From Octopus vulgaris (Eukaryota), in the NCBI GenBank assembly GCA_951406725.2, contig OX597818.1:17298001-17362000 (forward strand): a stretch of 64,000 bases of DNA. The letters run 5' to 3'. This document shows, one piece after another, positions 15,108-27,692 of the stretch. The translations under genes were made by a program, and so were the position numbers. The stretch's first letter is position 1. Every line of letters starts with the position of its first letter. Under the pieces are notes generated by a model. It did not search any database. It worked only from the letters and a program-made list of their open reading frames with translations, and had not been told where the DNA came from.

Positions 15108-15659
15108 TATATGTATTATATATGAATTTATTTAAATAAACATATGTATTATATATTATAACTATGTATAAATATATGTCTTATATATAAATAAGTAATT
15201 ATTGTAGATTGTAATAAAATAGCTTTTCTGTCATGACTTAAAATGACAGTGATAGTAATATAAAATACATCGTTCTTCAAGATAGTGTAGGGAAAAGGGT
15301 ACACTCTTTAGACTCTCTTAGTAATCAATCAATGATCGCTTACACACACATGCACACTCACATGTGCGCACACACATATGCACACATACACACGAGAATA
15401 CACACACACACATACGCTGTTTAGATGGTAGCACGAGATATTTTCTATGGAACTAAGGAAACTATTCTTCTGATGATTTTTGAATAGCTAATATTATATG
15501 TTGATGTAAAATATATATATTCAAGATCCCTCTGCGGCATCTGATTAGTCGTTTTGTTTTCTTTTTACAGATGTTTTGAGAATATACACACCACATATAC
15601 ATACCATAGAAATACTATGAGATTATACATATAAACATGTATATGAATGAGTATATGCT

Positions 15660-15729
<70 letters not shown>

Positions 15730-15945
15730 AGCTTTAATTTTAAGCGAAACTAGACTAGTATAGTGATCTTGTTCGCTGTGGGGTGGTTATATCCCCTGTC
15801 AGTGTATGGAAAATATTTCCTTGCGGCTCTAAGGTTTTTTAACTCTTACTTCTAGCAATGTAGGTGTTACCCTTCACCTTTAGTCACAGTTAGTGACAAT
15901 GGATTTTTTCCTTTTTGGTTTTATATTGCGTACAGCTGCTTTCGT

Positions 15946-16025
<80 letters not shown>

Positions 16026-16156
16026 GTATGTATATATGTATGTATATATATATATATTAATTATATATATATTGTATATATATATATGTATATATAATAT
16101 ATATACATATATATATAGAGAGAGAGAAAGAGAGCGAAAGTGATAGATAGATGGGC

Positions 16157-16192
<36 letters not shown>

Positions 16193-18070
16193 GTATATAT
16201 GTATATATATATACATATATATATGTATGTATATTCATGTATATATATATAGGCATGTACGTACATATATGTATGGATGTATGTATATGTATGTATGTGA
16301 ATCTTTTGCTTCAGCTTTTTTCCTTCTGTGAGATGAAAAGCAGTGGTGAGACAAATATATCATTCAGTAAACCAACAAACCAAAGTATTTACATAATTTA
16401 GTAATAACATTGTGATTTGTGAGTTCAATTCCTAATAGGGTCTGCTTTACTTTTCTTTTCTCCAGAACCAATAAAATAGAATTCTACCCACATAAAGGTA
16501 ATGGGTAATCAGAACCATCATTACACTTGCCCTGCATGTTTCTTGGTCTTATGCCAAAGTAAAAAAATAAATAAGAAAATAAATAAATATATTTCCAGCA
16601 ATTGGTAAATGCAGTTTTAAAATGAAAATATGTTTTTAAATGCACTTATCACTGCTGAACAACTGGTGTATTTCACCATGCACCAGAGACAGCCTGGAGC
16701 TAGAATCAAGGAAAAAAATCTTATGAACATGTTTATTAATAAAACAGGTTGTAGCTGAATAACCTCTCAGAATGAGAAAATATTTTGTAACTTGACTGGC
16801 CTCGTATTTTTGTTGATGTTGTTGTTATTCGTGTTAGGTTCCTTCACTTATTTCTGCTTGGAATACATGACACATGTCCGTGGAGGTGGTTAAACAAGTA
16901 ATCCAAGAGCAATCTAAGACCCAACAATCAAAGATTATTTCATGCTTAGCAGAAGTCAAATGAATTTGGGTCAAATTTTCTTTAGTTTTCTCATAGTTTA
17001 TTCTTTATTCTTTATGTCATCCTGCTTTTTAAGTGTAAAAGTTGCTGTTGTAAAATTGATTTCTTTTTTGGCTGAGGAGACAAAATTGTGCTTTTTCCAA
17101 AAATGTAAAAGATTTATGAAATAGCGTAAAATATTTCTCAACCACCGATAGAACCTGCATTGTATAGTCACGAAATGTGTATTTTATCTTCTTCTCTACG
17201 TCACTCATCATATGCTATGAGAGTATTATTTTCTTTTTGCTAGAACAAAAGCTTTATATCTTTGAGTAGCCAGTAAATATGAAGTTAAGACATTCATGCA
17301 TTTCACAAGAATATTAGCAGTGTAAGTAATGTGAACAATTTTCCATCCATGTTTGAAACTGAGTTGCAGTCTTGTTTGATTCCTTTGCTTTTTTTTTTTT
17401 TTTTTTGGTTTTTCTTTTTTGTCATTTTTTTCATTCTTATATCCTCACCATATGTTGTTTTGATATTTAGGGCTTAAAACTTATGGAAGGGAGTTTGTGA
17501 AAGGACATTTCGGATGATTATATTGAACAAGTCAAATGACAATAAAGAAGTTCTCTCTCACCAACTTGTGACCAAAGTTGAATAAACTAGGAGTAGAAAT
17601 GAACAAATAGCAACATAACCACCATTTTGAATTAAGTGTGGTGAGTGAAGGAATGGTGTTAATTCTCTGAGATGTGAAACAGTTAAAATGATCTGGTGTT
17701 AGTATCAAGTAAACAGTAATGCCACTAATGAATTAAAAGAGCTGAGGCAGAAGCAATGAACAAGCAATGCAATTAACAGAGAGGAGACAGAAATAATATC
17801 CAGGGAGGAAATTGTAGTTAATTAGTCCCAGGTCAGTCCTGATCAAACAATCCTATGATCAAAGGTTTTCACCTGTGACCATCCTATTTTATTTAGATAT
17901 AATGTATCTAAGACTAATAACTTTAGGAGTGATGTATTAATGCCGTATGTCATATACCAAAAGCTCTTAATTATTGGAAAATTTCCCTCTTAGTCGGGCA
18001 CAGAAAAGAATATTCTGACAGCAATAGTTAGTGACTCTCAAAGAAAAAGGGGAGATAATTGCATGAAATT

Positions 18071-18271
18071 GGTTTCAAATTTTGACACAAGGCCAGGAAT
18101 TTTGGGAGGTGGGGTGCTAGCCGATTACATTGACCTCAGTGGTCAATTGGTACTTAATTTATTGAGCCCTGAAAATGATGAAAAACAATTTGAACCCAGA
18201 ATGTGCAGACAGACGAAATGCCACTAAGCATTTTGCCTGGCGTGCTAACGATTTTGCCAGCTTGCCACCTT
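18071..18271 (-). mobile_element. tRNA-derived SINE (family A), decayed
   Basis: Same head (aaggtggcaagctggcaaaatcgttagcacgcc) and body. Confidence 0.75.
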
Positions 18272-19468
18272 ATAATTGCAAAAAATTAAGAAGCAATCTC
18301 TTAAGGTTGATTTACATGTTTAGGGAAAAGCCTGATTATAGCTTATATCTTTTTGCTATTTGAGATTTTTAAGACTGCAGGGTATTTAGGGAGTGCTTTG
18401 TTATCTTTGGCAAATGAAATGACTGACCATATATTTTGGCAGGTAAAATACCTGCCCACGTTTCAGCTTTTGTGTGACCAACAGATTGAGAAAGCCACAA
18501 GGAATATAAATACAGGGAAATACAGGATACGAGATTCATTCTGAATATATTAAAAGGAGAGTTTGGATAACTACAGCAAGGAGGAGCTAACTCAACATAT
18601 GAATGTAGGGGGACTAGATAGGTGAGGGCTAACTAGAGTGGGGAGGAGGAGGAGAGCAAGAAGGTCTCACAAACATTGAAATATATATTGACACACATTT
18701 TTGAAGTTGCTCATACTACTATGGTGTTGATTATACATGTTATATTTGCTGTTATTGTTGTTGCTGACAGTAGTAGTAGTAGTAGTAGTAGTGGTAGTAG
18801 CAGCAGCAGCAGCAGTAGTTGATGTTGTAATAGTAGTAGTGGTGGTAGTAGCAGCAGCAGTGGTGGTGGTGGTGGTGGTGGTAGAAGTAGAGGTATTGGT
18901 GCTGTGGGTGTGGAGGGAAGTAGTGTTGTAGTCAGTGCTGTAGTTGTTCTGTTGTATAGGTTGGATTAACTGTACTAGTGGTGTTGCAACGTTATTGCGT
19001 AGGTGACAGTATTAGTAGTTGTGTTACTATATAGTAGTAGTTCAGTCATTGTGTAGGCGGTAGTTTTAGTGGTGATGTTGTAGTCTTAATGACTGTTAAT
19101 GGTGATGCTTTAGTGCTCTATAGGTGGTAGTTTGGCGATTGAGTTGGTGTAGTAGTTCTGTTATTGTATTGGTCATAGTTTTAGAGGTTACTTTAATGGT
19201 GTTGTATAAGTGATAGTTTTAATGACCGTGTTACTGCTCTTTTGAGGTATAGGTGATAGTTTTAGTAGTTGTTTGATGGGTATGTCCTTAGTGCCATATA
19301 TTATTAAGATAGCTTAAGCAGAGAGAGAGAGAGAGAGAAGGTGAAGGAGAGAGAAAAAGAGAGAGTGCATGTATATATGCATGTGTGTGTTTTAGTCTAT
19401 TTGTGTATATATATATCAGTATGATTTCTGGACGTGCAATTACAAACAGTTTCAATGTCTTCTAAGTC

Positions 19469-19821
19469 TCAAGGGACAGCAATTGATGCAGCTGAGACGG
19501 CATCACATTCTTGGCGCGTGCGCAGTGAATGCCACTGAGCGATGGCCGAACGCTGTGACTGTACCATACGAGACCAATGCGTAATTTCATGCGGACCTGT
19601 AGCCATCTTACCGAGAACAATACGTCCAACGAAATCGTCCTTGCTCTTCGAGTTATAATCCCACACGGACACAACTAGACTTGCATTCGCCAGCTGACGC
19701 GGCGATACGTTGAAGTTGATCGACTCATTGAAAACTGGGTCAATTGTATTTTTTTTGCAGGTAGTTTTCTTACATTTCATGATCTTGTCATTGATGGTCA
19801 GAGTTACCTTCACAAATGGAT
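19469..19821 (-). CDS. SYT17: Synaptotagmin-17 last coding exon (rest of C2B and stop codon)
   Basis: tttacgcAG|AT CCA TTT; (D)PFVKVTLTIN...IDPVFNESINF...WDYNSKSKDDFVGRIVLG...QWHSLRTRQECDAVSAASIAVP*; TGA at 19471-19469; phase 1 matches the preceding exon. Confidence 0.93.
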
Positions 19822-20067
19822 CTGCGTAAAGAAAAAAAAGAACATAGAAAAAGGTATAATGTTTAGACAGAAATGTTTTGCCGGCTGAAAAACGCACAGT
19901 ACCGAAATGGTAAGGATATGAACAGTAAACACTCATGAAGTGAAAATACAAAGGTATGTAAGTGACAGTCTAGTGTTTATATGTGTGAAAATTTGAAATA
20001 AATAAAATTTAGATAGAAGTAGTATAAAAATATACGAGTTACATTTTTTTAATGTATCCCAGCATAG

Positions 20068-20210
20068 CACTAGCGTAGCTAGGGTGTGTGCCACACGAGG
20101 CGGCCCTTCCGTTTGCCGCCCCGGGACACCACAAAAAACATATTGCCTACAGCAGACCCAAAAGTACCACCCTTTTAAAAGTGCCCCTACCGACCCTAGC
20201 TGCGCTAGTG
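20068..20210. mobile_element. MITE (hAT-like)
   Basis: TIRs cactagcgtagctagggt / accctagctgcgctagtg; imperfect 8-bp flanking duplication cagcatag / cagcacta. Confidence 0.75.
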
Positions 20211-20229
20211 CAGCACTATATGGTCACAA

Positions 20230-20960
20230 CTCACTGACTGGAAACTGTGTTAGCCTCTACAGTTTAAGCCACGATGAGAAAAGCCAAGGATTATCCTGAG
20301 ACCAAAGAAACAATAACCTACAATATGGTAGAGACCAAAACCTCTCATAATGAGGAGTACTGGTGGAATGTCTCAGAGAAAACTTCAATAAAATGCAAAA
20401 TAATGGACCAGACAGTGGTTTAAGACAGAGAAGAGAAACTGTGTACAGTCGTGGAAATCAGCTGCCCAGCAGATGTAAATATAAAGCTAAATATTAGTGA
20501 AAAAGAAAACACCTACGATTAATTACTGAGAAATCTACAGTTACTCTACCCGAGTTACACTTTCAGATTTATATTTGTAATTATTGGAGCACTGGGCAAT
20601 GTAACACACTGCCTAAATACTAATCTTGAGAAATTAGGCTTCTCAAGACCAGAAAGGAAAAAGCTGATTCGAAAAAATACAGATCCAAGTCATCAACGAA
20701 ACTGTAAAAATCTGTAAAACTTTCTAGAAGTTTAGCATTTAAGTGTATACGCGCATGTCTAGACGTGCAAATAAGTGCACGAAAATACATACATAGAAGA
20801 AAACATTCAAACCTACATAGGCACCGACTCCAAATACAGAACATATACACGGATACATGCACAAATACGCTGTTGTTGAAACCCCGATGAAGGAGCCTTG
20901 AATCTTGGTTAGATTCTATTGGCAAGAAATCTTGAAATAAAACTGAATAATAACTGACAT
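20230..20960 (+). mobile_element. 3' part of an R4-like REL non-LTR element ending in (TACA)n
   Basis: EYWWNVS...PD.VV.D.EEKLCTVVEISCPADVNIKLNISEKENTY..LLRNLQLLYP...VIIGALG. Confidence 0.7.
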
Positions 20961-21101
20961 ATATACATACATACATACATACATACATACATACATACAT
21001 ACATACATACATACATACATACATACATACGAGATACACAGATACTCCTCGTATATACATACATACATACATATATACATACACACACACACACCTACAT
21101 A

Positions 21102-21888
21102 CGAGGGGGTACCCAAAAGAAACCAGAATTTTGCAATATTATTTTATTCATTTGGTTTTACATCTCTACACTTTTATCGCCTTCAAAGTATTCTTCATTT
21201 GAAGCAATTCATTGGTCCAGATGCATTTTCCACTTTTTGAAGCAGTGCTGGAAATTCCTCGAAGTGATGCCTTTTAATGCCTCTGTCGTTTTTTTCTTCA
21301 CCTCTTCTACATCTCCAAATTCCGTAGGACCAGTTTTCGTCACCAATGATGACCTTTGAAAACAGGTCCGGATCGACTTCCAGCTGTCCTTTCAGTTCAC
21401 AACAAGCATTCAGTCGTGACTGCTTTTGATCTTCCGTGAGCAAGAGAGGCACAAATTCGTTGATAGGAGCTCCAGGGCACACCAGTCATATCAACAAGTT
21501 CGTCAATTTTTCAGAGACTGTCCTCCAAGATCAGCCCAGGAATTTTCATGATGTTTTCATTTCTTTAGGAGGTCGATGGTTCCTCTGAACGAGGTTGATC
21601 TTCAAGCGATAAGTGACCATTCTTAAAGCGTGTAAACCACTTGTAAACTTGTATTTTGCTCATGGCAGCGTCCTTGTAAACTGTTGGAGGCATGACAGTT
21701 GTTTCGGCTGCCGTTTTCTCCAGCAGAAAACAGAAGCTCACAGAAGCACGCTGTTCCTTCGTTTCAGTAATCGCAAAAATCGACTAAAAAGGGAGAAGCA
21801 CTGCAAAACAAAGATGCACCACGTGTCAGTACGAGCAGAGGTCTTCCAATTAACGCATAAGTACCTGAGTATTCCACAGATACTCCTG
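21102..21888 (-). mobile_element. Internally deleted mariner element
   Basis: TA-cgagggggtacccaaaaga end; FVPLLLTEDQKQSRL...DPDLFSKVIIGDENWSYG. Confidence 0.8.
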
Positions 21889-22038
21889 GTTGTATGGTTG
21901 AGACTTTGCCTCCAAACTATATTGGGTTAAGTCTCACTGAGTGGCATCTTGGGAAAGTGTATTCTACTATAGACCCAGGTTAACTAAATAAAGCCTTGTG
22001 AGTGGATTTGGGAGATGGAAACTGAAAACAGCCATCGT

Positions 22039-22207
22039 CAGAGACACCTTAGCAGCATAGTAGGCCCCTGGGAACATCAATGTACTGGGCCATGTAATAT
22101 CTATTTATTGACAGCAAGCCACAACAGACATAGATCAGAATTGGGTCCCTAGACCCGCGGAGCTTCAGGGCAACTGCCCAGTGTTCTAATGCCTTAAGAT
22201 GGCACGG
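22039..22207. mobile_element. Decayed MITE (related copy at about 989-1061)
   Basis: cagagacacctta / ttaagatggcacgg ends; ggcccc/ggtccc internal motifs. Confidence 0.4.
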
Positions 22208-22534
22208 ACCTTTCCGCTATTCTCTTTCTGATGAAGAGTCATGCTCAAAACCTTACACACCACCCCACCTCTTTTCTCCGTCTTAAACTGAGGGTCAACC
22301 TAGTACATTCACTGTGTACGTTCTTATGAATTTGTATGGTTGTGTATAGAAGAATATTAATCAATAAAATTCCGACCTGGTCTGATTTTCACGTTTTACT
22401 ATTTACAACTTTTACAAGTTTACAATATTATATATTTATTGTGATAAAACTAGTACTTTCAGGCGTTACGCAATCATGTAGTAGTAGTAGTAGTAGTAGT
22501 AATAGTAGTAGCAGCAGCAGAGCAGCAGCAGCAG

Positions 22535-22601
<67 letters not shown>

Positions 22602-22879
22602 ATAGTAACAGTCGTGTTCCACAATTGACAATGATAGTGAGATGATTAAATTTGTCCTTTAAATATATTCCGATAGGCCCCATCAGGCTGAATCCTACGA
22701 ACTGTATTTTGACCAATCAGTATGTGGCTAAGATATCACGGTTTGGTGAATGTGCCAACTTGCTTAACATTTATCCCGCTTTTTTCAACGAAATATTTTA
22801 GCCTCTTTCTCTCTCTTCCTCCCTCTCTCTCTCTCTATATATATATGTGTTTGTGTGTTTGGGTGTGTGTGTGTGTACC

Positions 22880-23565
22880 GTGCGAAAGTCTTCGGCCACT
22901 TTAAATTATTTTAAATTTCTACAACTTACCAACTTGTTAGTGAATGTTTCGCGTTGCGTTTTTTTTACTAATAAGCGAGAATTTGTCAGAAGGCCTTGCA
23001 GGAAAGCGAAACGACCCACGTTACACGACGAAAACAGTGAAGTTTGGGGGTAAGAGTCTGATGCTTTGGGGATACATAAAATGTGATGGTCCAAGAAAAT
23101 TGGTTATAATTGCAACTAACTTGAATAGGACAATTTGATACCAAACTTTTTCAGCATGACGGAGCTCTATGTCTCAGATTGCGTACAATACAACAGGGTC
23201 TGACTGATGAAGGTGTTACCGTATTGAAAGATTGGCCAGCTCAGAGCCCTGACTTAAATATCATCGAGCAAATGTGGACAGAACTAAAGAGAAGAGTTTG
23301 TCAGAAGAATCCACGCAATCTTGAAGAGTTGTGGGAGCTCAGGCATACATAATGGCATCTTATACCTGTGAATATGGTGAACGAATTGTACGTATCTCTT
23401 CCCAGGTATATTGAAGCAATTATTCAAGCTTAGGAAAGCCACATGAAATATTAACAATGTATAATAACTTCTAGAAATTAATTTCCATTATAGACATTTT
23501 TCTGTTTTAAAACACTGTAACTTGATTGGTTTATGTGAGGTGACCGAAAACTTTTGCACGGCCAT
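22880..23565 (+). mobile_element. Tc1-like (DD34E) transposon 3' remnant
   Basis: TTKTVKFGGKSLMLWGYI; QHDGA; WPAQSPDLNIIEQMWTELKRRV; end aaaacttttgcacggc. Confidence 0.85.
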
Positions 23566-23771
23566 TTTTGGTGGTCGTCTCGCATCTTCCCCTCTCATTC
23601 AGGACCCCTACTACAAAATATAATGATTAGATATGGAAATGACTCCAACAGGACCAATGTTTCATCAGTGAAAAAACGCAATGCGAAACATTTACTTACA
23701 AGTCGGCAATTAGTAGGAATTTACTATAGTTTAAAGTGGCTGAAAACCTTTGCATGGTACTGTATGTATGA

Positions 23772-23830
<59 letters not shown>

Positions 23831-23920
23831 AATAATGAGGGAGATAAATTAATATTGATTTAAAACCAGTAGCCTAGCATACAAAAATCTGAAAGATCAG
23901 AGAAAATTCTAATACATGTG

Positions 23921-24055
23921 TATATTCAAAGGGCAAGACCGCTAGGTAGTCGGTGTTCTAGTGTTCGCTAAATTTTCCTCTAGAGAACATTCTTTGTAGT
24001 TTGATCGTTGGTGATCTATTTCTAGCATACGGCCGACTGCCTAGCGGTCTTGCCC

Positions 24056-24064
<9 letters not shown>
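23921..24064. repeat. ~33-bp inverted repeat with an ~80-nt spacer, between (TA)n tracts
   Basis: tatattcaaagggcaagaccgctaggtagtcgg / ccgactgcctagcggtcttgcccttgaatata. Confidence 0.85.
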
Positions 24065-24109
<45 letters not shown>

Positions 24110-24290
24110 AAAGGGCTTAGTAAAATAAATTACTTTGCCGCATACTGAACTCATTAGAAATAGCAGCTAAAAAAACTTTTTAAAACTATTTCCAATACTT
24201 AAAGAAAATCTCTCTCATATAGTGTTTGCTCAATTCAACCCACGAAAGTATGGGGGTAGAGACATTAAAAAATCAAATGCAAAGGTTATT

Positions 24291-24343
24291 TGAGAACGTA
24301 CGTTTCAAGATTAGTCAAACTCGACACTTCTATCATCAGCTCA
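24291..24343 (-). ncRNA. Mirror hammerhead ribozyme in the left arm of the palindrome
   Basis: Exact reverse complement of 24465-24517. Confidence 0.75.
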
Positions 24344-24464
24344 GAACTCCCTGGTTTGGATTTGAAAACACTGAAAGTGGGAGCATACCCTTTCGGCTTC
24401 CCGATGGGAAGCCGAAAGGGTATGCTCCCACTTTCAGTGTTTTCAAATCCAAACCAGGGAGTTC

Positions 24465-24517
24465 TGAGCTGATGATAGAAGTGTCGAGTTTGACTAATCT
24501 TGAAACGTACGTTCTCA
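24465..24517 (+). ncRNA. Minimal type I hammerhead ribozyme in the right arm of the palindrome
   Basis: tgag CTGATGA tagaagtgtcgagtttgactaatctt GAAAC gtac GTT ctca; stem I tgag/ctca, palindromic loop gtac, imperfect stem II. Confidence 0.75.
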
Positions 24518-24801
24518 AATAACCTTTGCATTTGATTTTTTAATGTCTCTACCCCCATACTTTCGTGGGTTGAATTGAGCAAACACTATATGAGAGAGAT
24601 TTTCTTTAAGTATTGGAAATAGTTTTAAAAAGTTTTTTTAGCTGCTATTTCTAATGAGTTCAGTATGCGGCAAAGTAATTTATTTTACTAAGCCCTTTTA
24701 TATAATGTAATAATTTGAATTCGCCTTAAATGGTCCCTTTGCATACTGAATACTTGGTGAAATTGATTAATTAATTAATTTTACCCCAATTGTTGAAATT
24801 G

Positions 24802-24839
<38 letters not shown>

Positions 24840-24843
<4 letters not shown>

Positions 24844-24880
24844 CGACGTTGGCTCAACTGGCCGAAACTTCGAAGTCACT
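24840..24880 (+). ncRNA. Degenerate hammerhead ribozyme abutting (TA)n
   Basis: agt CCGACGT tggc tcaactg gcc GAAAC ttcgaa GTC act; two changes from CTGACGA, palindromic loop, GUC triplet. Confidence 0.5.
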
Positions 24881-25706
24881 GATAAAATATTCTTTTTTAA
24901 GAATAATAAACATATCTGTGTGTGTGTGTGTGTGTGTGTGAGTGAGTGAGTGTGTGTGTAAGTGTGTTATGAGTTGTGCGTGTTTGTCTCCAACCGCCGT
25001 ATGACAGCCAGTATTGGTTTGTTTGCGTCTCGCAACATATCGGTTTGGCAAAAGAGAGACTCTTAAAATAAATATTAGGCTTCAAAAAAAAAGTATTGAA
25101 GTCAATTTGTTCAGTCAAACCTTTCAAAGTGGTGCCCTAGTATGGTCGCAGTCCAATGATTATAACAAGTATTAGCTAAAAGATTAAAAGAAAAAAAAAG
25201 ACACGAGCGACCTTAATATAATTATCAGGCACAACCAACGTGACACTGTGTGTGACAAGACTGTACCTTCGAATTACAGACACAACCAATCCAACAGGGT
25301 CCTCACAGTTTCCGTCGAGTTAATTTTACTTGGACGGACCCAAGGCAAAGGTAAAAAAAAAAGATAGTTGCCCAACATGTCACACAGAAGGATCGAACCC
25401 GATGTCTTGTGATCGTAAAGCGAACGTCTTAACTATTATTCGGTCATGCTTAGTCATTATATCATTGTTGCGTAGAATATGAATAAATATGTCTAGGTAA
25501 TTTCATTATACGAATTTTTCGAAATTTTTGTTTATACCCTGTCGACTTCGTTATTATGGAATTTCACCTGCGTATGTGCGCGTACGCGAGTGTGTATGCG
25601 TGTGTAATGGCGCATGTGTGTGTAATGCATGCATATGTGTATACACACAAACACACACACATACACACACATATATATACATATATATACATACTTGCAT
25701 GCACAG

Positions 25707-25770
<64 letters not shown>

Positions 25771-25907
25771 GCATACATAGCCTACAAGCATATTACGCAC
25801 ACATTTATTACACATACCTACATTACACACAACACACACACATACATATATACATATACATATGCCAATATAGATATACATAGGTATATATGTATGTTTA
25901 TACATAC

Positions 25908-25974
<67 letters not shown>

Positions 25975-26091
25975 CAAATATAGATATATGTATGCATATT
26001 GCATGAGTATGGGTGTGTGTGTGTATACACAGAAAGAAAGAGAGAGAGAAATAATATATATCTACATATATACTGATATATACATACAAAC

Positions 26092-26153
<62 letters not shown>

Positions 26154-27249
26154 TCACATACGCATATGCATATACACATATATAAATATATTTACATGCA
26201 GTTGAGTATATGTCCGGTCATAGAGTGATAAATAGATGTATGTGTGAATTCATACTTTTATGCACGCAAAGAGAGGAAGAGAAAGAAGAGAATCAATGCA
26301 TAACTGATAATAATCTAATAGATATCATTCTCAAAGATGGAACAATTGCTCTTGTAATTTTACACTGGCTATTCCCGAGGGGGAACAGGCATCCGATCAA
26401 AGGCATTTGGATATGTAATCACTCAATTCCTGGTTCTCATTTATACATTTATACAAGATACAAGTACGATTCTGATACAAGCATGATTCCCTAGCTATAC
26501 ATGTACATGCACCGGTGTCTTACAACAGTTGTTTTGTTGTGGTTCTTGTTGTTGCTGATGTTTTTGTTGTTGTTGATGACGACGACGACGACGACGATGA
26601 CTACGATGGCCAAGTTGTTTATCCCCCAGGTCATCACTGATCAAGGAGATAAAAGACGCCAGCAGATCAAAAAGATTCCAGTTGAGGATTTTCCTTTCCA
26701 CTGGTGACATCTACCACTACATTATTTTTGTCCTTCCTGTTTATTTCTTATTTTCAAAGGTAATAGTGAAATTTAGCTATTGTTTCAAGAAAGTCGAGTG
26801 ACTTCGTAGTTGTTTCCTTCGTTTGGCTTGACAATAATTGATTTCACAGATAGATGCCTTTCTCAAAACAAAGCAATAAATTGTGTAGTAAGGAGCTCAG
26901 CCTATCATCAGCCAGGCATACTAAGATAAGGAGAGTTATGTACCTTGTTCAAAACAACAACACAACTTAGATGTTACAATTTGCTTCAGCCTTCATCCAT
27001 TTACTTGTTTCAGTCATTCGATTGTGGTCATGCTGGGATACTGCCATAAAGGTCTTGATCGAAAATATTCACTCCAATACATATTCATTTTTAAGTTTGT
27101 TACGTACTCTATTGTGTATTTTGCCGAACCGCTAATTTACAAGACCGTAAACAAACCAGCACTGGTTGTCGGGTGGTATAAAGACAAGCTCAAAGACATG
27201 CACACAAATAGTATCCTCCTACATATACATATATATAGATACATACTCA

Positions 27250-27692
27250 CATACATAATACATACATACATACATACATACATACATACATACATACATA
27301 CATACATACATACATGCATACATACATACATAATACATACATACTACATACATACATACATACATAATACATACATACATACATACATACATACATTGAT
27401 ATATACATACATAATACATACATACATAATACATAGATACATACATACATGCATACATACATACATAATACATACATACATACACACATACATAATACAT
27501 ACATACACACAAACATAATACATACATACATGCATACATACATACATAATACATACATACATACATACATACATACATACATACATACATACATACATAC
27601 ATAATACATACATACATACATACATACATACATACACACATACATACATAATACATACATACATACATACATACATACATACACACATACAT
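27250..27692. repeat. Long interrupted (TACA)n microsatellite; representative of dozens of TA, CA, TAGA, TACA and TAA tracts
   Basis: Direct inspection; such tracts generate most YI/HT/CV/II/NN-rich ORFs in the track. Confidence 0.95.

Larger units (their letters stand above)
24102..24706. repeat. Perfect palindrome, 301-bp arms with a 3-nt loop (GAT, 24403-24405)
   Basis: cttccc GAT gggaag at the centre; mirror ORFs 24226..24522(+) and 24286..24582(-) in the track; arms traced out to attatataaaagggc / gcccttttatataat. Confidence 0.97.

Noticed and set aside
19822-19951. N-terminal extension of ORF 19469..19951, and the C-terminal tail of ORF 42092..42979 (42092-42181)
   Set aside because: Intronic read-through beyond the splice sites.
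20885-20945. CCGATGA...GAAAT in the 3' UTR of the R4-like element
   Set aside because: Core changes and no convincing stem I or stem III; too weak to call.
23205-23240. CTGATGA...GAAAG as a hammerhead
   Set aside because: Lies within Tc1 transposase coding sequence (LTDEGVTVLKDWP); no helices.
24226-24582. Two near-identical 98-aa ORFs on opposite strands
   Set aside because: By-product of the palindrome; non-ATG start and no recognisable domain.
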